Positions 31,244 through 45,910 are shown, counted from the first letter of the stretch. The stretch: 64,000 bases of DNA from the human T2T-CHM13v2.0 reference genome, Homo sapiens (GCF_009914755.1 NC_060925.1); one strand, 5' to 3'. Made by a program: numbers and translations. The notes: generated from the sequence alone by a model not told the origin.

Positions 31244-31877
31244 CATATATATTCAGGTATCTTAATATTTTCTCATATAACATGGGATCAAAAGAGAGCT
31301 TATTTTCTTTGGCTATATCACATTGTTTTTAAGATACCTCTTACAATGGAACCCCTGAGAATTTAAAACAATTTCTGGCCAAAATGGCAGTAACCAAGGA
31401 AAAAGCTCAGTTAGAATTCCAAGTCCATACACATTTGGAATCCAACCCTGACTTCAAAAACAGTTTTTAAGTAAGTCATTCTGTGAAAATTAAATTATAA
31501 ATGACCCATATGTAAAGATTAATTCTTTAACTACTATAGCATAGCATGCCCCCTGAATGTTAACAGCTCTTATTTGTTTCAGAAGGGACTTCAGGCAACA
31601 ATTTATATCTTGTGGTTTTCAATCTGGCTTCATTTGTCACCGAGTTGTGAAGCTTCAGGATTAAATTTTGTAGGGCTAGTGAACACAGACTCCTTATCAA
31701 ATGTTCTTGACTATTACTAACTCTTTCGGTATTGTGCAAAAAGTAGAAAGAAAAATACATAGGACCAAAATATCAAGGAGTTTTTACTTGCTGTAAAATT
31801 CTTCCCATATTTAAAATACATAGTACAATACTTGTTGTTTCCTTAAAGGAACATTCAGAAAAATGTAGCACTCTTTA

Positions 31878-32206
31878 TGTGCTTTCCAATGTGGTAGTCA
31901 TTAGCCAGACATGTGAATATTGAATGCTTAGATTATGGTTGTCCAAACTGTTTACACGTGTAAAATACACACTGGATTTTGAAGATTTAGTATAAGATGA
32001 AAACATTTAAAATATATCATAACACACTTTGTATTGATTACATGCTGAAATTGTAAAATTTTGATATATTTGGCTAAGTAAGATATATTGTTGAAGTTAG
32101 TATTGCCCATTTCTTTTTACTTGTTTTAAAACATAGCTACTAAAAAATTTATAATTCTAAGTGTGCTTTGCTTCTGTGACTCACATATTTCAGTTGGACA
32201 GTGCTG
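31878..32206 (-). mobile_element. MER33 (hAT-Charlie)
   Basis: Ends tgtgctttccaat...ttggacagtgctg with internal gtaaaatacacactggattttgaagatttagtat; ~330 bp. Confidence 0.82.
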
Positions 32207-33191
32207 TTTTAGGTGTTAAGTTAGTTATTCCAATTGTAGGAAAATACAGGGAACCATGTTTGGATTCTTAAATATGAAGTGTGAGGTCAGTGTCTCCTGC
32301 CTTGTGAAGCCACTCCTGCTTGGTCCTTCTCTTCTTCCTGAGTCTGGTGTTTCAGTGGGGGTATCTTTCTTGTAAAGAGAGTGAAAAATAGGTGTAATAC
32401 ATATAAGAAAATGATTAGAATGTCACTGAATGTCATAAAAAGAAGTGAATAAAATTGAGAAAGAAGAGTGGGCAGCATATTTATTCTGTCAGCTATAACT
32501 ATGTTCTTTGTCCTTTTTCAGGGAATCTCTAGAACACGTTCTTTGAAAATGAGAAAGATAGCCTGTTTATTCACCAGATAAAGATTACATGTGGTCTTTA
32601 GCAAGAAACATGAACTCAGGAGGATGACAGATTTTAACCTTAATTTGAATGGAAGGGAAGCATTGTATAAGAAGGATTAAATAATGTGACTTCACACTGT
32701 CTTCATACTAGATAATAACTGAAAACTGATTGGCAATATAACATTTATTATTTTCCCTGTAATACCGTTATTAGAACACAGGAAAGTGGTTATCCAAATG
32801 CCCATGCTTTCTAAAGAAGAAACCAAAGGTCTGATGTCTGGATATGAGTTCAGACTATCTTTCCACTAAGAGTAAAGACTTCTCGGTTTCATGAAGGACA
32901 GGCTGGTGAAAGGCAAAAAGACAACCTATAAAATGGATACAGAGAGAGAAGATCGAATCATAAAGTCTCTAAGCCTTTGTCCAATTATGAGATATTTTTC
33001 TTTTGTTTCAAGACTTTACTGAAGTTCTGTGAGCTACACTCATTGTGTAAAATTGATAAAGGTTAATATTACCATCTAATCTGTTGAATATTATTTTATT
33101 TAAACTGATATACCAAAGGAAATCATGAGCTTTGTGTTAGCAAAAGGGAGAGATTTTCAGTATTCTCTTACTGCTTACAAATAACTGTTTT

Positions 33192-33396
33192 ATCACACAC
33201 CAGGCCTGTCAGTGGGTGGAGAGCAAGGGGAGGGAGAGCATTAGGACAAATACCTAATGCATGAGGAGGTTAAAACCTAGATGATGGGTTGGTAGGTGTA
33301 GCAAACCATCATGGCACATGTATACCTATGTAACAAACCTGCACATTCTGCACATGTATCCTAGAACTTAAAGTAAAATAAAAAATAATAAAAAGA
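33192..33396 (+). mobile_element. L1PA8-like 3' end
   Basis: aatacctaatgcatgaggaggttaaaacctagatgatgggttggtaggtgtagcaaaccatcatggcac... followed by an A-tail. Confidence 0.9.
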
Positions 33397-33869
33397 AGTT
33401 CTTAATTTTATCTCCAGGGAGAGAGGGACATAATTGTGAGGTTCATAAAGAAGCAAATGAAAAGTGATCATACTTGATTTCCCAAATGGATCTTTGCTTG
33501 TTTTAGGAGCAAGGATAAGAGGTTGCTTATACACCTAGTTTTGCAAAAGGTTCAATACTTTAGCCATCTTAGCATTTAAACATTGCTGATATTCTATATC
33601 CCAAGCCAGGGAAAAGAGATTCTGACTAAGCAAGAAAATCCGAACACTGAAATACCTTAGTTAAAATGAAAAGGAGGAACTACTCTGGGTTTCTTTACAA
33701 AATGCAATTTTTCCTCTACAAATAAACTCATTGGTGCTAATCTTGTAAACAGTGGTAACTATGGCACCTAAATAAAAATGGCACTTTATTTCGTTAGCAT
33801 CATGGAGGGTTTATAGGAGATTACTTTGAAAGATACTCAGGGAGACAACTTGGGGATTCTGTATAACTC

Positions 33870-34195
33870 TCTTAAAAGAATTCAGAATGCTCTCAGATGA
33901 TAGAGGAAATTAGGCTTTTTCTGCATGACTTCAAGTGAATTAGGAAGAAGAAAAAATGTTGAAGGAGAAGGACATTTTGTTCAAGTTTACCAAAGAGCTT
34001 CCCAACAAATAGAGATTATAGTGAAACTGGTGGCATTTGGAAGCCCTAAAAGTTCAGCTATGAAATAAAGTGTAAAGCAGAGGATTGAAAATTGTTGTAA
34101 GGTATGCTAGAGTGGAATTTCAGCCTTTGGTAGAAATTAGGTAGGATGCTAGGCAAGCTGACCTTCAAAGACCCTTCAATGCTAAAATTCTATGA
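33870..34195 (+). mobile_element. L3/CR1 3' fragment
   Basis: Ends gctgaccttcaaagacccttcaatgctaaaattctatga, the L3/MIR3-type 3' terminus. Confidence 0.5.
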
Positions 34196-34739
34196 AAAGC
34201 AGTGATTGATTTGTGTTAGTTTTCTAAAAAGAAACTTTCAGTATCTGTATTGCATTAAGTATTGCAAATCCAAATGAAATGCATTATTATTTAAAATTGT
34301 TGACCATTTTAATACAATTCATTGTGCTCTCTTTCACATCCCTCTTTAGTGCAGTGAAGAACATGCTTATTAGTATGGATCCTCATGTTCCAGAAGAGTC
34401 CTTTTTCTGAGTGGTAAATCAAGCATGTTGGTGTCTCTGCAGCAATCCCAAATACAACATAGCCTGGTAGCTGGTGGTACTGCTGGTACTGCTTGTCTCT
34501 AGCTTGACCTTATTAAAACATTGATCAGCAATGGCCTCATGTAGCTTATTTGCACACAGCGGCCCCATAGTAGATATCATTTGTTTCATGCCCTAGTAGT
34601 TTTGCCCAATGAGTAGTTTAAAAGACACTAAACTTAAAATCCTCACAGCACTGCAAAGATGGGAATTTGTCTCTAGTTTCTCACTCAGTTGGAATGACAA
34701 AAGGTTAGAGCAAAAAGAGGAGGTGAATATTGTTTACTT

Positions 34740-34915
34740 CAGTGGTTCTAAACCCTGGCTATCCTTTAGAATTGAAGAGTAAAAAATAATTACCAGAGTC
34801 TGAGCCCCCTACTTAGGGATTCTGATATAATTTATCTACAGTGGGTGCTGGGCTCTGGTATTTTTTGACAGCTCCCCAGGTAATTCTAATGTGAAGCCAA
34901 GGTTGGGAAACACTA
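34740..34915. mobile_element. MER5-family hAT MITE
   Basis: cagtggttctaaaccctggct...gctccccaggtaattctaatgtgaagccaaggttgggaaacact terminal inverted repeats. Confidence 0.8.
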
Positions 34916-34945
34916 GTCTTTTCTAATGTTTTTCTTATTATACTT

Positions 34946-35100
34946 TGTTTTATTTTTTAAATTGACACATAATAATTATACATGTTTATGGAGTATATAG
35001 TGATGTTTTAGTACATACATAAAGATCAGATTGGTGTCATTAGCAGAACCATCATCTCAAACATTTATCATTTCTTTATGTTGGGAATATTCAATATCCC
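34946..35100 (-). mobile_element. L1MA-type 3' stub
   Basis: taaattgacacataataattatacatgtttatggagtatatagtgatgttt...catcatctcaaacatttatcatttctttatgttgggaa. Confidence 0.8.
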
Positions 35101-35461
35101 AACAGTTAGGGAACTGTTGTATCTTCTCTCAAGTCTTTTAAAAACTTAGGTTATAATCAGAATAGAGCAATTTTTTTAATTAACATTGGGTAAAATAGTT
35201 TCTTTTTTTCCTTTTGATATGTTCGTTTCTTAAATTTAAAAGTAGGAAATGTCTAAATGTGTTCAAATAAATGAATGATCAAGGCCAAAATCAGAAGCAG
35301 GTTTTATATTTTATGGAAGGTACTTTTGCATAAAAGAATCCATAAAGAACATCCAGTATGTTTTCTCTGAGTCCTCTGAAATGAACAGGTGCTCTCCTAT
35401 TTAGTTAGACCTCTCACTACTGAACATTATAATAATGTTTGGGAAAGATCAGAATTAACAA

Positions 35462-35557
35462 TGAGTCAGTGAGTTACCCAAAATTGAGTCAGTGCTTTTC
35501 TTCGGAGAGTAATAAGATAAGTTGTGAACAAAAACTGAGGTATGATTAAACGGAAGT
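35462..35557. promoter_or_regulatory. AP-1/GATA/ETS motif cluster (candidate enhancer)
   Basis: TGAGTCA at 35462 and 35485, TGAGTTA at 35470, AGATAAG ~35515, CGGAAGT at 35551. Motif evidence only. Confidence 0.4.
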
Positions 35558-36741
35558 AGATTTTCATACACCTCAATATTACTTATATTTTAGGTTTCGC
35601 TCAAGTTTTTCTTAGCCTTTATCAGCAAAAATAGAATTTGCTTCCAACGGTGCTAATGAAGTGTTGTCAATGAAGGAATTACAGGGGTATAGTCAAGGTA
35701 AGGGACAAAGCCAGGGTTGATGCAATGCCAAGAAGCTAATGACAGTGGGAAGCCTAGGTCTGAAAAAGTAAAGGTGCAGAAAGTAAAACAGAGTTACTGG
35801 GGCAGGAGCTGATGCAGAAGAGAAGGGCCACTCAATGGAGCTGTGGAATTGGAAGTCACTAGCTGTTCTGCACTACTAAAAAAATAAAGAAATGAGGAAA
35901 AACAAGAAAAGGAAAAAAAGGAGGCAGTCCAGAGATAGAGAGGGATACAGAATAAGTAGCTATGGTCTGTCTCTCTTTTGCCCTCCAATTTCTTGCTGGT
36001 ATTTACTGTTAGCCAAATGAAAGCCAAGTGGAGCTTCCTCCTTAGCCCATTTACCAGTAGAGTTCTCATTGACTCTTTTCCTCAGGGCTGTTTTCCTGGA
36101 CTCTGAAGTCTAATGTTTCCTGATACCTCTATGGAAACTTAAGGTTGCAGTGTGTTTTACTGAATTCTTGGACACTGCACTTTGCTTTCCCATCTTTATT
36201 AGAATGCTATATCTTATGTTTTAACTTGAGTGCCAACTCTTAACTATTAGTAGCATTTACTAAAAAATATTCTGAATGAGCTTTATGTCTTTGATATTTC
36301 TTGCCAAATCAGAGGTTAAAAAGAAAAAAAAGTTTCAGAAACTTTATAGTCTTTTCCCCTAAACTATATTATTGCTTTTCTCATTTTATAACTCTGCAAC
36401 ATGAATTTGGCTATAAAATAAAAATTTCGTTACTTTTAAATAATAAATACAAAATTAATGTTTTCTTATTCTTGCTATGTAAACATTTCTATGTACTTCT
36501 TTAGATTTCTGCGTCAAACTTTTTCTTTCAAGATTTTAAATCAAAGGCCAGAATTTGCTTAGAGGTAGATTTATAAATAATGTATTAAATTAATTTTTTA
36601 AACATCAAAGAAATCACTTATGGTATTATTAATGAAATTGGAATTAAAGATTGAAATCAACTAGTTCTTAGTTAACATCAATCTTTATTAATTCATCTAT
36701 TCATTCATTCATGGAGCTAAATATTTATTGAGTGGTTATTA

Positions 36742-36846
36742 CCGTATGTCATTGAATGTAAGTTGCCATCAATTTTAAGTAGCATCCTGATTTCAGAAAC
36801 ATTAACATGTAAAAAAATGCATACTTTAGAATTAATGAATAATATG
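36742..36846. mobile_element. MER104-like Tc2 MITE
   Basis: ta|ccgtatgtcattgaatgtaag...catcctgatttcagaaacattaacatg...ttagaattaatgaataatatg, with imperfect terminal inverted repeats. Confidence 0.62.
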
Positions 36847-37071
36847 TGTGGTGGGTGTATTTCAATTTAGAATAACTTATGGTTGGGAAATAGCTTATGA
36901 TCTAGAATTGATAACCAAAGGCAAGCAAAACAAAACAAAACCGGATTACTGGAGTTTCAGTTGTCATTTTTATACGTTGCTTTTCTTTTTTCAATAAGTC
37001 TGTTTATGTCTTGAATGCGGGAACTGTATTGTACTTCTTTGACTTTCTCTGTGGTGTGATTACAAAATGTA

Positions 37072-37260
37072 ATCATAGAATGTTAGTTATGGAAGAGACT
37101 TTGGTGATCATTTAGTCATCTAGTCCAACTTCCTCATTTATAGAAGAAGGAATCAGAGAAGGGCTAGCTTGCCTGATCACCTAGCTAGTTAGTAGCAGAG
37201 TGAATGAACACTGAAATTCAGTTCTCAAATTCTTGTTCCAGTGTTTTATCTATTATTATA
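37072..37260 (-). mobile_element. MIR3/MIRc SINE
   Basis: atcatagaatgttagttatggaagagactttgg...tctagtccaacttcctcatttatagaagaaggaa. Confidence 0.68.
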
Positions 37261-38518
37261 CAATGTAGGTTTTAAGAGTAGATATCAATGAATATACATA
37301 TGCATGTTGTACGCTTACCGAGTTCATAATTAACTCCAATATTAGTCCTCCGCTTAGGTGCTAGGGTTTTACTTTTATTTAACCGTAGTACAAAAAGGCT
37401 TAGTGGTATCTTTTGTCATCTTTAGATATATACATGTGTTAGTAGTAGGTTTTACTTTAGCAAAACTTCATCCATTTCCTGTTATATTAAATGGCTCATT
37501 CAGTCTTCTTTTGGGTGCTTTTGTTCTTCCTTCTAGTAACAAAAATTATAACTTAGAAAAATATATAAATAATTTATATGTATTTGTATATTTAAAAATA
37601 GAATATGTATCATTTGATCTTTCAGTATTCAATCCTTATCAAGCACTTAATTTTTAATTTCTGTGATGAGTGTTTTCATATAATTTATGTAATTTTGTTG
37701 CACTTAGTAATGAGATAGTCCCTACCCGCAGCCTCCTCCATCCCCTACATTACCTAAATTAATTAGTATACATTTTTTAGTCATGTAGATACAGAAAAAG
37801 CTTGCCCTGAAGCTTTGCAGATTTGGTGAGTAGTATTTATTATGCAAATTTCCTAAGTGTTCAAAGATAAGTTATTTTCCAGCATTTCCAGTAGGAAATG
37901 ATTGGTAGTATTTCTGTTGAGTACACAAAGCTGATTTCGCCTTTGAATTTAACTATCACACTTTAGCACCGGCTCTATTGAAATGTTAATGCACATGTGA
38001 CGTGCCAACATTTAGAAAAATGTAAATAAAATTGGAAAGTTCCAGGTGAATTTATATGTTCCCTAAAAGCTGCAGAATATAATTACTTTTTGACTTTCTT
38101 CATTCTGGCTTAAAAGTTATAGTTTCATGTTCATTTCTGCTTTTCAACGCCTTGTATCTTATGTCTCATTCACCCTTCCCCACTAATCTCCTGAAGGCAT
38201 AGCACATGAAGCCTATTATTTAAGAATGTTGGCTTTTTAGTTTCAAAGGTTTAAATATGAATCTTGGCTCAGACTTCTAACTAGCGATGTGATTTTAGGT
38301 ATGTTACTTGATCTTCTTAGACTTAGTTCTCATATATGTAGAATATTAAAAAGATTAAAACCTCACAAGATTATTCTGAACATTCAGCAGGAAAAGTAAT
38401 ATAATCTTTTTTGGTTCAGAGCAGTTTTAGATACATTTAAGCTGATATTTTTATTTTATAATATTCACACAACAAAAAGTAGATTGCTGAAGCTAAGAAA
38501 CCTATAAGACACAGCAAC

Positions 38519-39570
<1,052 letters not shown>

Positions 39571-42070
39571 AAGACACAGCAACTAAACGTCAGTGCCTTG
39601 GGGGAGCTATATGTATAATTGTTCTCGCTTCCATGAAAAGCCAGGAAGACAACACAACTTGGAGAACTATCCCTGAAGGAATAGCACAGAGCAGAAATAC
39701 AACTCAAAACCAGCGAAGCTATCCCCAGGGATACAGAGAAAGAGTCTGCAAGCATTTTGCAAAGCAGGCGTTGAAAGAGAAAAAACTTCCTTGGAGAGTT
39801 GTGTAGCAGATATTAGAATTAACCAATAGATAGAAATATAGAAACAGAATTGATGAAGAATTGATAAGATTTTGAGAGAAATGACATCACATTTTTAAAA
39901 ATCAAAATGCAGTGAACCCCTAACCATTTAAAAATTTATATTTTAACATTCCTGAATTTGGAATTGATTAATGTCCTGTCTTCCCCCATCAAGTTGATTT
40001 TCTATCTTATAATCAAGTCATAATCCTGGATTGGGGCAATAAAATAATACATGCTTTGCTATATTAACTAATACACTTTGAACAATTGCAGATGAAAATA
40101 TAAAAAAAATTCTTCTCATTTAAATATAATCGCTCATACAAACACACTTTTATATAAGGCCATTACAATATAGGCAGAAATGGGATATAGAATATAATGA
40201 GACACTGAAGAAGAGTAATCTGGGATCATGGAAAAGGAAGATCCAAATGAGATCATTTTTCATTGCTTTGATCAATTCCTTAATTGTACAACTACAAATC
40301 TGTTATTTATGGTTTGTAACAGATAGGTACATGTTCAGTTCACTCTTTGGTTACCTGTAGGTAAGTGTCACCTCACAGTGTGGCTAAATCACTTCGAATT
40401 GAATTTTTTGTTGTCTTCATAAAGTCCTGAATTAGAAGAATTCCATTCTTCTATGAGACATAGATACTAAATAAAGCTTTAAATTGCAAGTAAGAATTAT
40501 TTGACAAAGAGAACAGGCTGTGGCCATTCTAAGAATGGTTTCCAGATAAGCCTGTTTCTGTTCGGTAACTGTGTTAACACCCTGCTGTGTTCTTACATGG
40601 TCCTCTATTGTGTATTTTAACCTGGGCATTGAAGTGCATCAGCAAAGTCTGACCAATAACTCCAATTGACTTTTCCAATCATGTTCCCATTATTGAGTCT
40701 TTGACATCCAAGGAAAGCATGTCTTTCTCTGAGCATCCTCTGTTTCTTTTTGTCTCTTATTTTATGCCACTCATAAAGCTTCGTTTATTGTGAAATACCC
40801 TCCTTGACTTATCTCTGTAGGATGAAATCCTAACCAAACTTCAAAGCAAATCTCAAATTGTCACTCTCCAATAAGATGAATTGATTATCATAATATTAAT
40901 TTCTTTTCTCAGCTCTTCCATAGCATATGATTATACTTCTGCCTTTAGCATTTTCTACAGTTAGTTTTGCATTATACTATTTTCTAGATTTATGGCTCTG
41001 ATTATCTACAGTTCTGTCTTTCCCAGTAGAGGTCACACATTTATTGAGCACATACTATATTTGGAATTAGCAGTGTTGAAATGAGATGGCCGTATTCCTT
41101 GCTTTCTCAGATCTCAAGTCTACTGAGGACATAAAAAGGATAATCTCTAAAATGGAATATTGGTACCATTATAGATAATAATAGGGTGTCATGGGGCTAG
41201 GAAATAATGTGGGCCTGGGTCAGAAAAAACTTCCTGGAGGAAATGAAAACTCTGTAAATTGGCCCTTCATTGTATCTCTCACTTAAACCATTTTGGGTGG
41301 AATTATGTTTCCTGTGAATCCTTAACTTATATTTATGATTACAAAAAATAAGATTTACTCCTTTTTGATTCTTTGTGTAAAGCTCTGTTATAATATTCCT
41401 TCCATTCTTCCTTATATTTACATGTATGTGCAAGTGTGTGCATGTGCATGTGTGTACTATGTATTTTTGTGTTTGCTCATCGAGGGGGACTTTGAAATCT
41501 TGATCAGGGTATACACAGTGTTTCTTTACACTTGTTACTCTGAAATTATCTGTTTCACGTTCATACACTTTTACAAGGCTCTGAATTCTTTTTGGGCAAG
41601 TGCCACCACCTTCTCATAATCATAGCCACAGGTGGTCAGCTCATATAGGGCAGGCACCCTGTAAATGTGTTGAGCTAGATTGATTAATGTGTCTATATGC
41701 ATTTTTTTTTCCTCAGGAGAAAAAGGTCTGTTGAAATCTTTAGTTGGAATATGTGAATATTCTTGTTACTATATATAGTCTGTAACTATATGGAGGAAAA
41801 GCTTTGAGGGTGGAAGAGACATTTGCAAGCTGGAGAAAAAAGAATGTGTCAGTATATGAGGGAATGGTAGAGGGAAAAGTAGATGGAGTGGGAAGCTGGG
41901 GGCGGTGAAAGGTGGTAAAGTGAGACACTAAGTGACAATAAACCATTTAAAAATAATTTGTCCCAAAGTTCTGGCTATTCTGAATTCATCTTTGCTGAGA
42001 AATTTTACATTTTTGGCTCACCTTTTGGGAAGGTGGAGATTTAGGCTAGGGAAAAAGTAGACAAGTACAA

Positions 42071-42172
42071 GTTTCCATGGAAACAATTACCATAAAATAT
42101 CGACCAACAAAGATATTAGGAAGCAGGAAAGGAAAGAGAAAAAAGCAGGAAAGAGATAGTTGCCATGGAAAC
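42071..42172. promoter_or_regulatory. Pair of RFX X-box motifs
   Basis: GTTTCCATGGAAAC (42071-42084, perfect palindrome) and GTTGCCATGGAAAC (42159-42172) both fit GTTNCCATGGNAAC. Confidence 0.62.
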
Positions 42173-43317
42173 ATGGACAATCAGAGACATGCACTTGAAG
42201 TGATTCCTTCTTATTTATTTTAGTTAAATACCTGATTAAAATTGTTATACTTTAGTTTGTGGTTTATTTTTAAATATTCATAAAGATTTGTTTAAGAACA
42301 TGTTTTTCTATCTTGGTAAGTTATAAATTCACAGGAATTCAGGGAATATCCTTTTATTTTGATTGGATATGACATCATTTTATTGATTACAAAATCCATT
42401 TAAAATATGGCATTTAATATATAAGCTATGAAAGCATTATTTTATAAAAATGACTGTTTAAAATTTACTCTTTCTTCAGAGTAAATTATGTTAATAATTT
42501 TTCTTAATGAATGTTAACATTTTTCTTAATGAAGTTTAAATTATTGCTTTTAATTTGCATTGACTAGCAGCATAAAATACTCTAATAATATTAAGAGAGG
42601 GTCATTCCAAGCATTTTGATACAATAAAAGCAGGCTCACTTTTTCTCCAAACAATTTTGTATGACTTAAATTTTGAGATCCTTTTTAGGTTTACAATTTT
42701 ATTTTGGTTATTTTGGCTGTCCACTTACTATATAAACATGAAGGAGTTACTATTAAAGACAATATATCTGTAGTGGATAATTATATAAAGATTAGATGAT
42801 TCAAAACTGTCCCATCTATAGATAAATGCAACTCAGAGAAATTTGGATTGATAAAGCAGAATATTAAACTCCAATGTTGGCTATAAATTTGTAGGATTCA
42901 ATTTTAAAGTTCCCTTTGAAGAGTACTTTGGGAATATATTCTGAAATGATTTCTTATTTTTTCATTGCTGTAAAACTGAAATGTAAGGAGCTTACATCAT
43001 TTCCCACCAGATACTGATAGGAACTTAAGTATTCCCTTAAGTGTCAACTTAAATTGAATTACCTTTTTTGAGAATTACTTTCCCCTCCTGGCTGTCACCT
43101 CTTGTCATCTTCTTTGGCATCCAGAGTTCAGCATTCTAAAAGAGGAGCATGTAGACCTCCTGTGGACAGCTTCCCTGTTATGACAGATTTTTTGTATCTT
43201 AAAAAGTAGCTTCTTTAGATGCTGTAAGACTACGTGTTATCGATAACCTTTGCAAAATAAAGCATGTTGATTTTTCAGACTCTGTGGGCAACTGAAAAGC
43301 CCTTTTGTTTTCTTAAG

Positions 43318-43470
43318 GTCATAGAACTTTATAGGTAGGAGGAACTTAGAGGTTAATTTGTACAACTCTTTAATTTTAAAGCGGAAAAATTTGAGGTACA
43401 AAGAGCCTAGGTGACATGCTGAAGGCCATGTCGCCTGTTTGTCAGTTTAGTGTTCTCTTCACAGCACCAG
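43318..43470 (-). mobile_element. MIR3-like SINE
   Basis: tcatagaactttataggtaggaggaacttagaggttaatttgtacaactc...gaggtacaaagagcctaggtgacatgctgaaggcca. Confidence 0.6.
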
Positions 43471-44689
43471 TACATCTCCAAGACATGGCTTGGCTATGTT
43501 TTAGCCTACACCTTCATCTCTCTTAATCTACCCCTAAGCCACCACACGTACATGTACACACATAAACCGCTCACTATGCACAGGAAGCTTTAAGCCAAAT
43601 CATTCACTGCATGCTTCTCCTATAAAGAAAATTCTGAAGGTCCATGAATACCATGTAGGCTGCTTAAGAAATAATGAGCAAGCATTGAAGTAAAAGAGTG
43701 GTGTCCTTATTTCTAAGTAGAATTAACCTTCCCCTCCAAAAGATACACATCCACATCATTATCAAGTGTAAAAGACAGCTGATTTCCAAAATCATTTGAT
43801 TTGAACTTTCCTTCTCTTTTCTTAGTGCTAACATTTTTCACCCATGTTGCTAACATTTTTTCAAATGTGTGGATATTTCCTTATAATTTCTCTAAGAGAA
43901 ATTCTACTACTAAAATGCTTTTACCAATTTTAGTTTGTAGACTTAACATTTCTGGGGGAAAGGAGTGCAAGCAGCTAGGTGGCCCTCCAGACTACTAACA
44001 AGCTGGAGAGTGGAGTTTTCCCTGTTAAAGAGTGACTATGGCTGTTTTGAGAATCTTGGTGCCTATACAATGCAGCCTTTCAAAATGGTTCCCACATGGC
44101 CAACTCACTAGGATTCTCTGTCTTTCCATTCTAGTTTAGTTATTAAATTACACAGAATTATTCAGGTATTTAGTCCTAAATGCCTGCTCTGTTCTAGGTA
44201 ACCTGCTAGGTTCTAGGAACATCAAGGCAAATCATATATGGTCCTTGTCCTGGAATTTTTTCAGTCTAGTGGGGATCAAAGTGGAACAAATAGAAAATAA
44301 AGTATAATACATTGCCATAATAGAAATGGGATCTCAGAGCAAACACCCCTAATGCACATCTGTGGAAACTGTAGGATTGATGAAGGTGGAGGTGAAGTAA
44401 ACAAACAAAATTTAAACAGCAAATAAAAAAAATCCCACTTCTCTAACACAAGTTGTATTCAGCCTTTAGCCCTTTTTTTTTTTGTACATTCAGCCAGTTC
44501 CTTATAGAAACATATTTGCCCTTGTACAGTGATTTGACAATGCCCTCGCTGGGGTTTGATGGCCAGGCCTGCCGGATCTTGTGATTCTCTGGGACAGGGA
44601 TTGTGTCCTGCTGTGTCTGCTGTGAATTGGTGCGCCCAACAGATTGAACCCTTCCATGGCACATCTACGCACCTTTCTTTACAATGTCA

Positions 44690-44900
44690 CCTAGTACTTA
44701 AGAGCAATCTGTGGGATTAGGCAGATCTGTGTTTGATTTGAGGCTTTACCACAAACTGTCTACATTATCTTGGGCAATGAGACTTTATTTCTTCAAACCT
44801 ATTTCATGTTATTATGGTGAGAATTCAATGAGACAGTGTTGGCAAAAGTTTTAGAAGAGTACCTAGACAGGAAAGTCTCAATAATATGTCAAGTGCTTTA
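44690..44900 (+). mobile_element. MIR SINE
   Basis: aggcagatctgtgtttg...tcttgggcaatgagacttt...ggtgagaattcaatgagacagtg. Confidence 0.6.
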
Positions 44901-45910
44901 TGATGACACGTATGACTATAGAAGGGATGGGGAAACTAGGTACTAGCAGTCTTAGGAGCCCAGCTCTGTACACCCAGCTCATATCACCCTCCTCCACTCT
45001 CTCTTGTCCCACCTCCCTTTCCTTTCTTGGCATGTGGTGATGCAACTGTGTCTCCCCCTTGTGCTTTTTGAAAAAAAAATATTTGCAGCCAGCTCCAAGT
45101 TTTAGTTGGCAACAAATCCGATAGTAAACCAGATAACATGCTTCTCTCCAAAGTAAATATAAACTGTATCAATAGAAATGTAGTTTTTGGAACTCTGGAA
45201 ATTCTTCTCTGGCACCCTTGTGGACCATGTTTGAACACTTAGCCTAGTTTCAGATGCTGCCTCTAAGGACATTAACAAACAAGAATGAATCCTAGGAAGG
45301 GTGTGTGTATTACTTAATGGTATGAAAACCATATCATAGAAGAAAAAAGTTCAAAGACATAGAGATAATAGTGTGGAAAGGAGTAGACCCAGGGTATATG
45401 AGAGCTAAATTTAATACAGATAGGGCTTTAATGTCGAGTGCAGTGTTCCTTGGGAACTTCAAGGCTGGAATCCCTCAGCCATTGCTTATATGTTTTGAGC
45501 ACTGTAATTCGATAGGTGGATAGCACCTGATCTTCAGGCAGGCAATCTTACCCATTTCAGGCTCACTAGCTGTGTCAGAGAAGGTTGTGGAAATGTGATT
45601 GCTCATGGATATGTCCTTGGAAGAGGGACTGGAAGACCTTTGGTTTAATGAATTCATCTGCACATTTATAATGGTGAGCATATCCAAATGTTTTCTTGGT
45701 CAGAAAAATTTAAGTATTAATAATACCTTCCTTTTGTGAGGAATTGTCAGGTCATGCTTCATTTTGCTCAATAATTATTTTATCTCCTTTCTAATAGTGC
45801 TGATTAAGCACTATTTCATTTATTTAAGAAAAGCTTACTGAACGGAGATACTTGGACAAAAGAGAACAAAGCCCATGCTCGTTGAAAACCTAAGTCCTAT
45901 GAGCAATGCC

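Noticed and set aside
44535-44560. gccctcgctgggg as a CTCF site
   Set aside because: One base short of the CCASYAGRKGGC core spacing.
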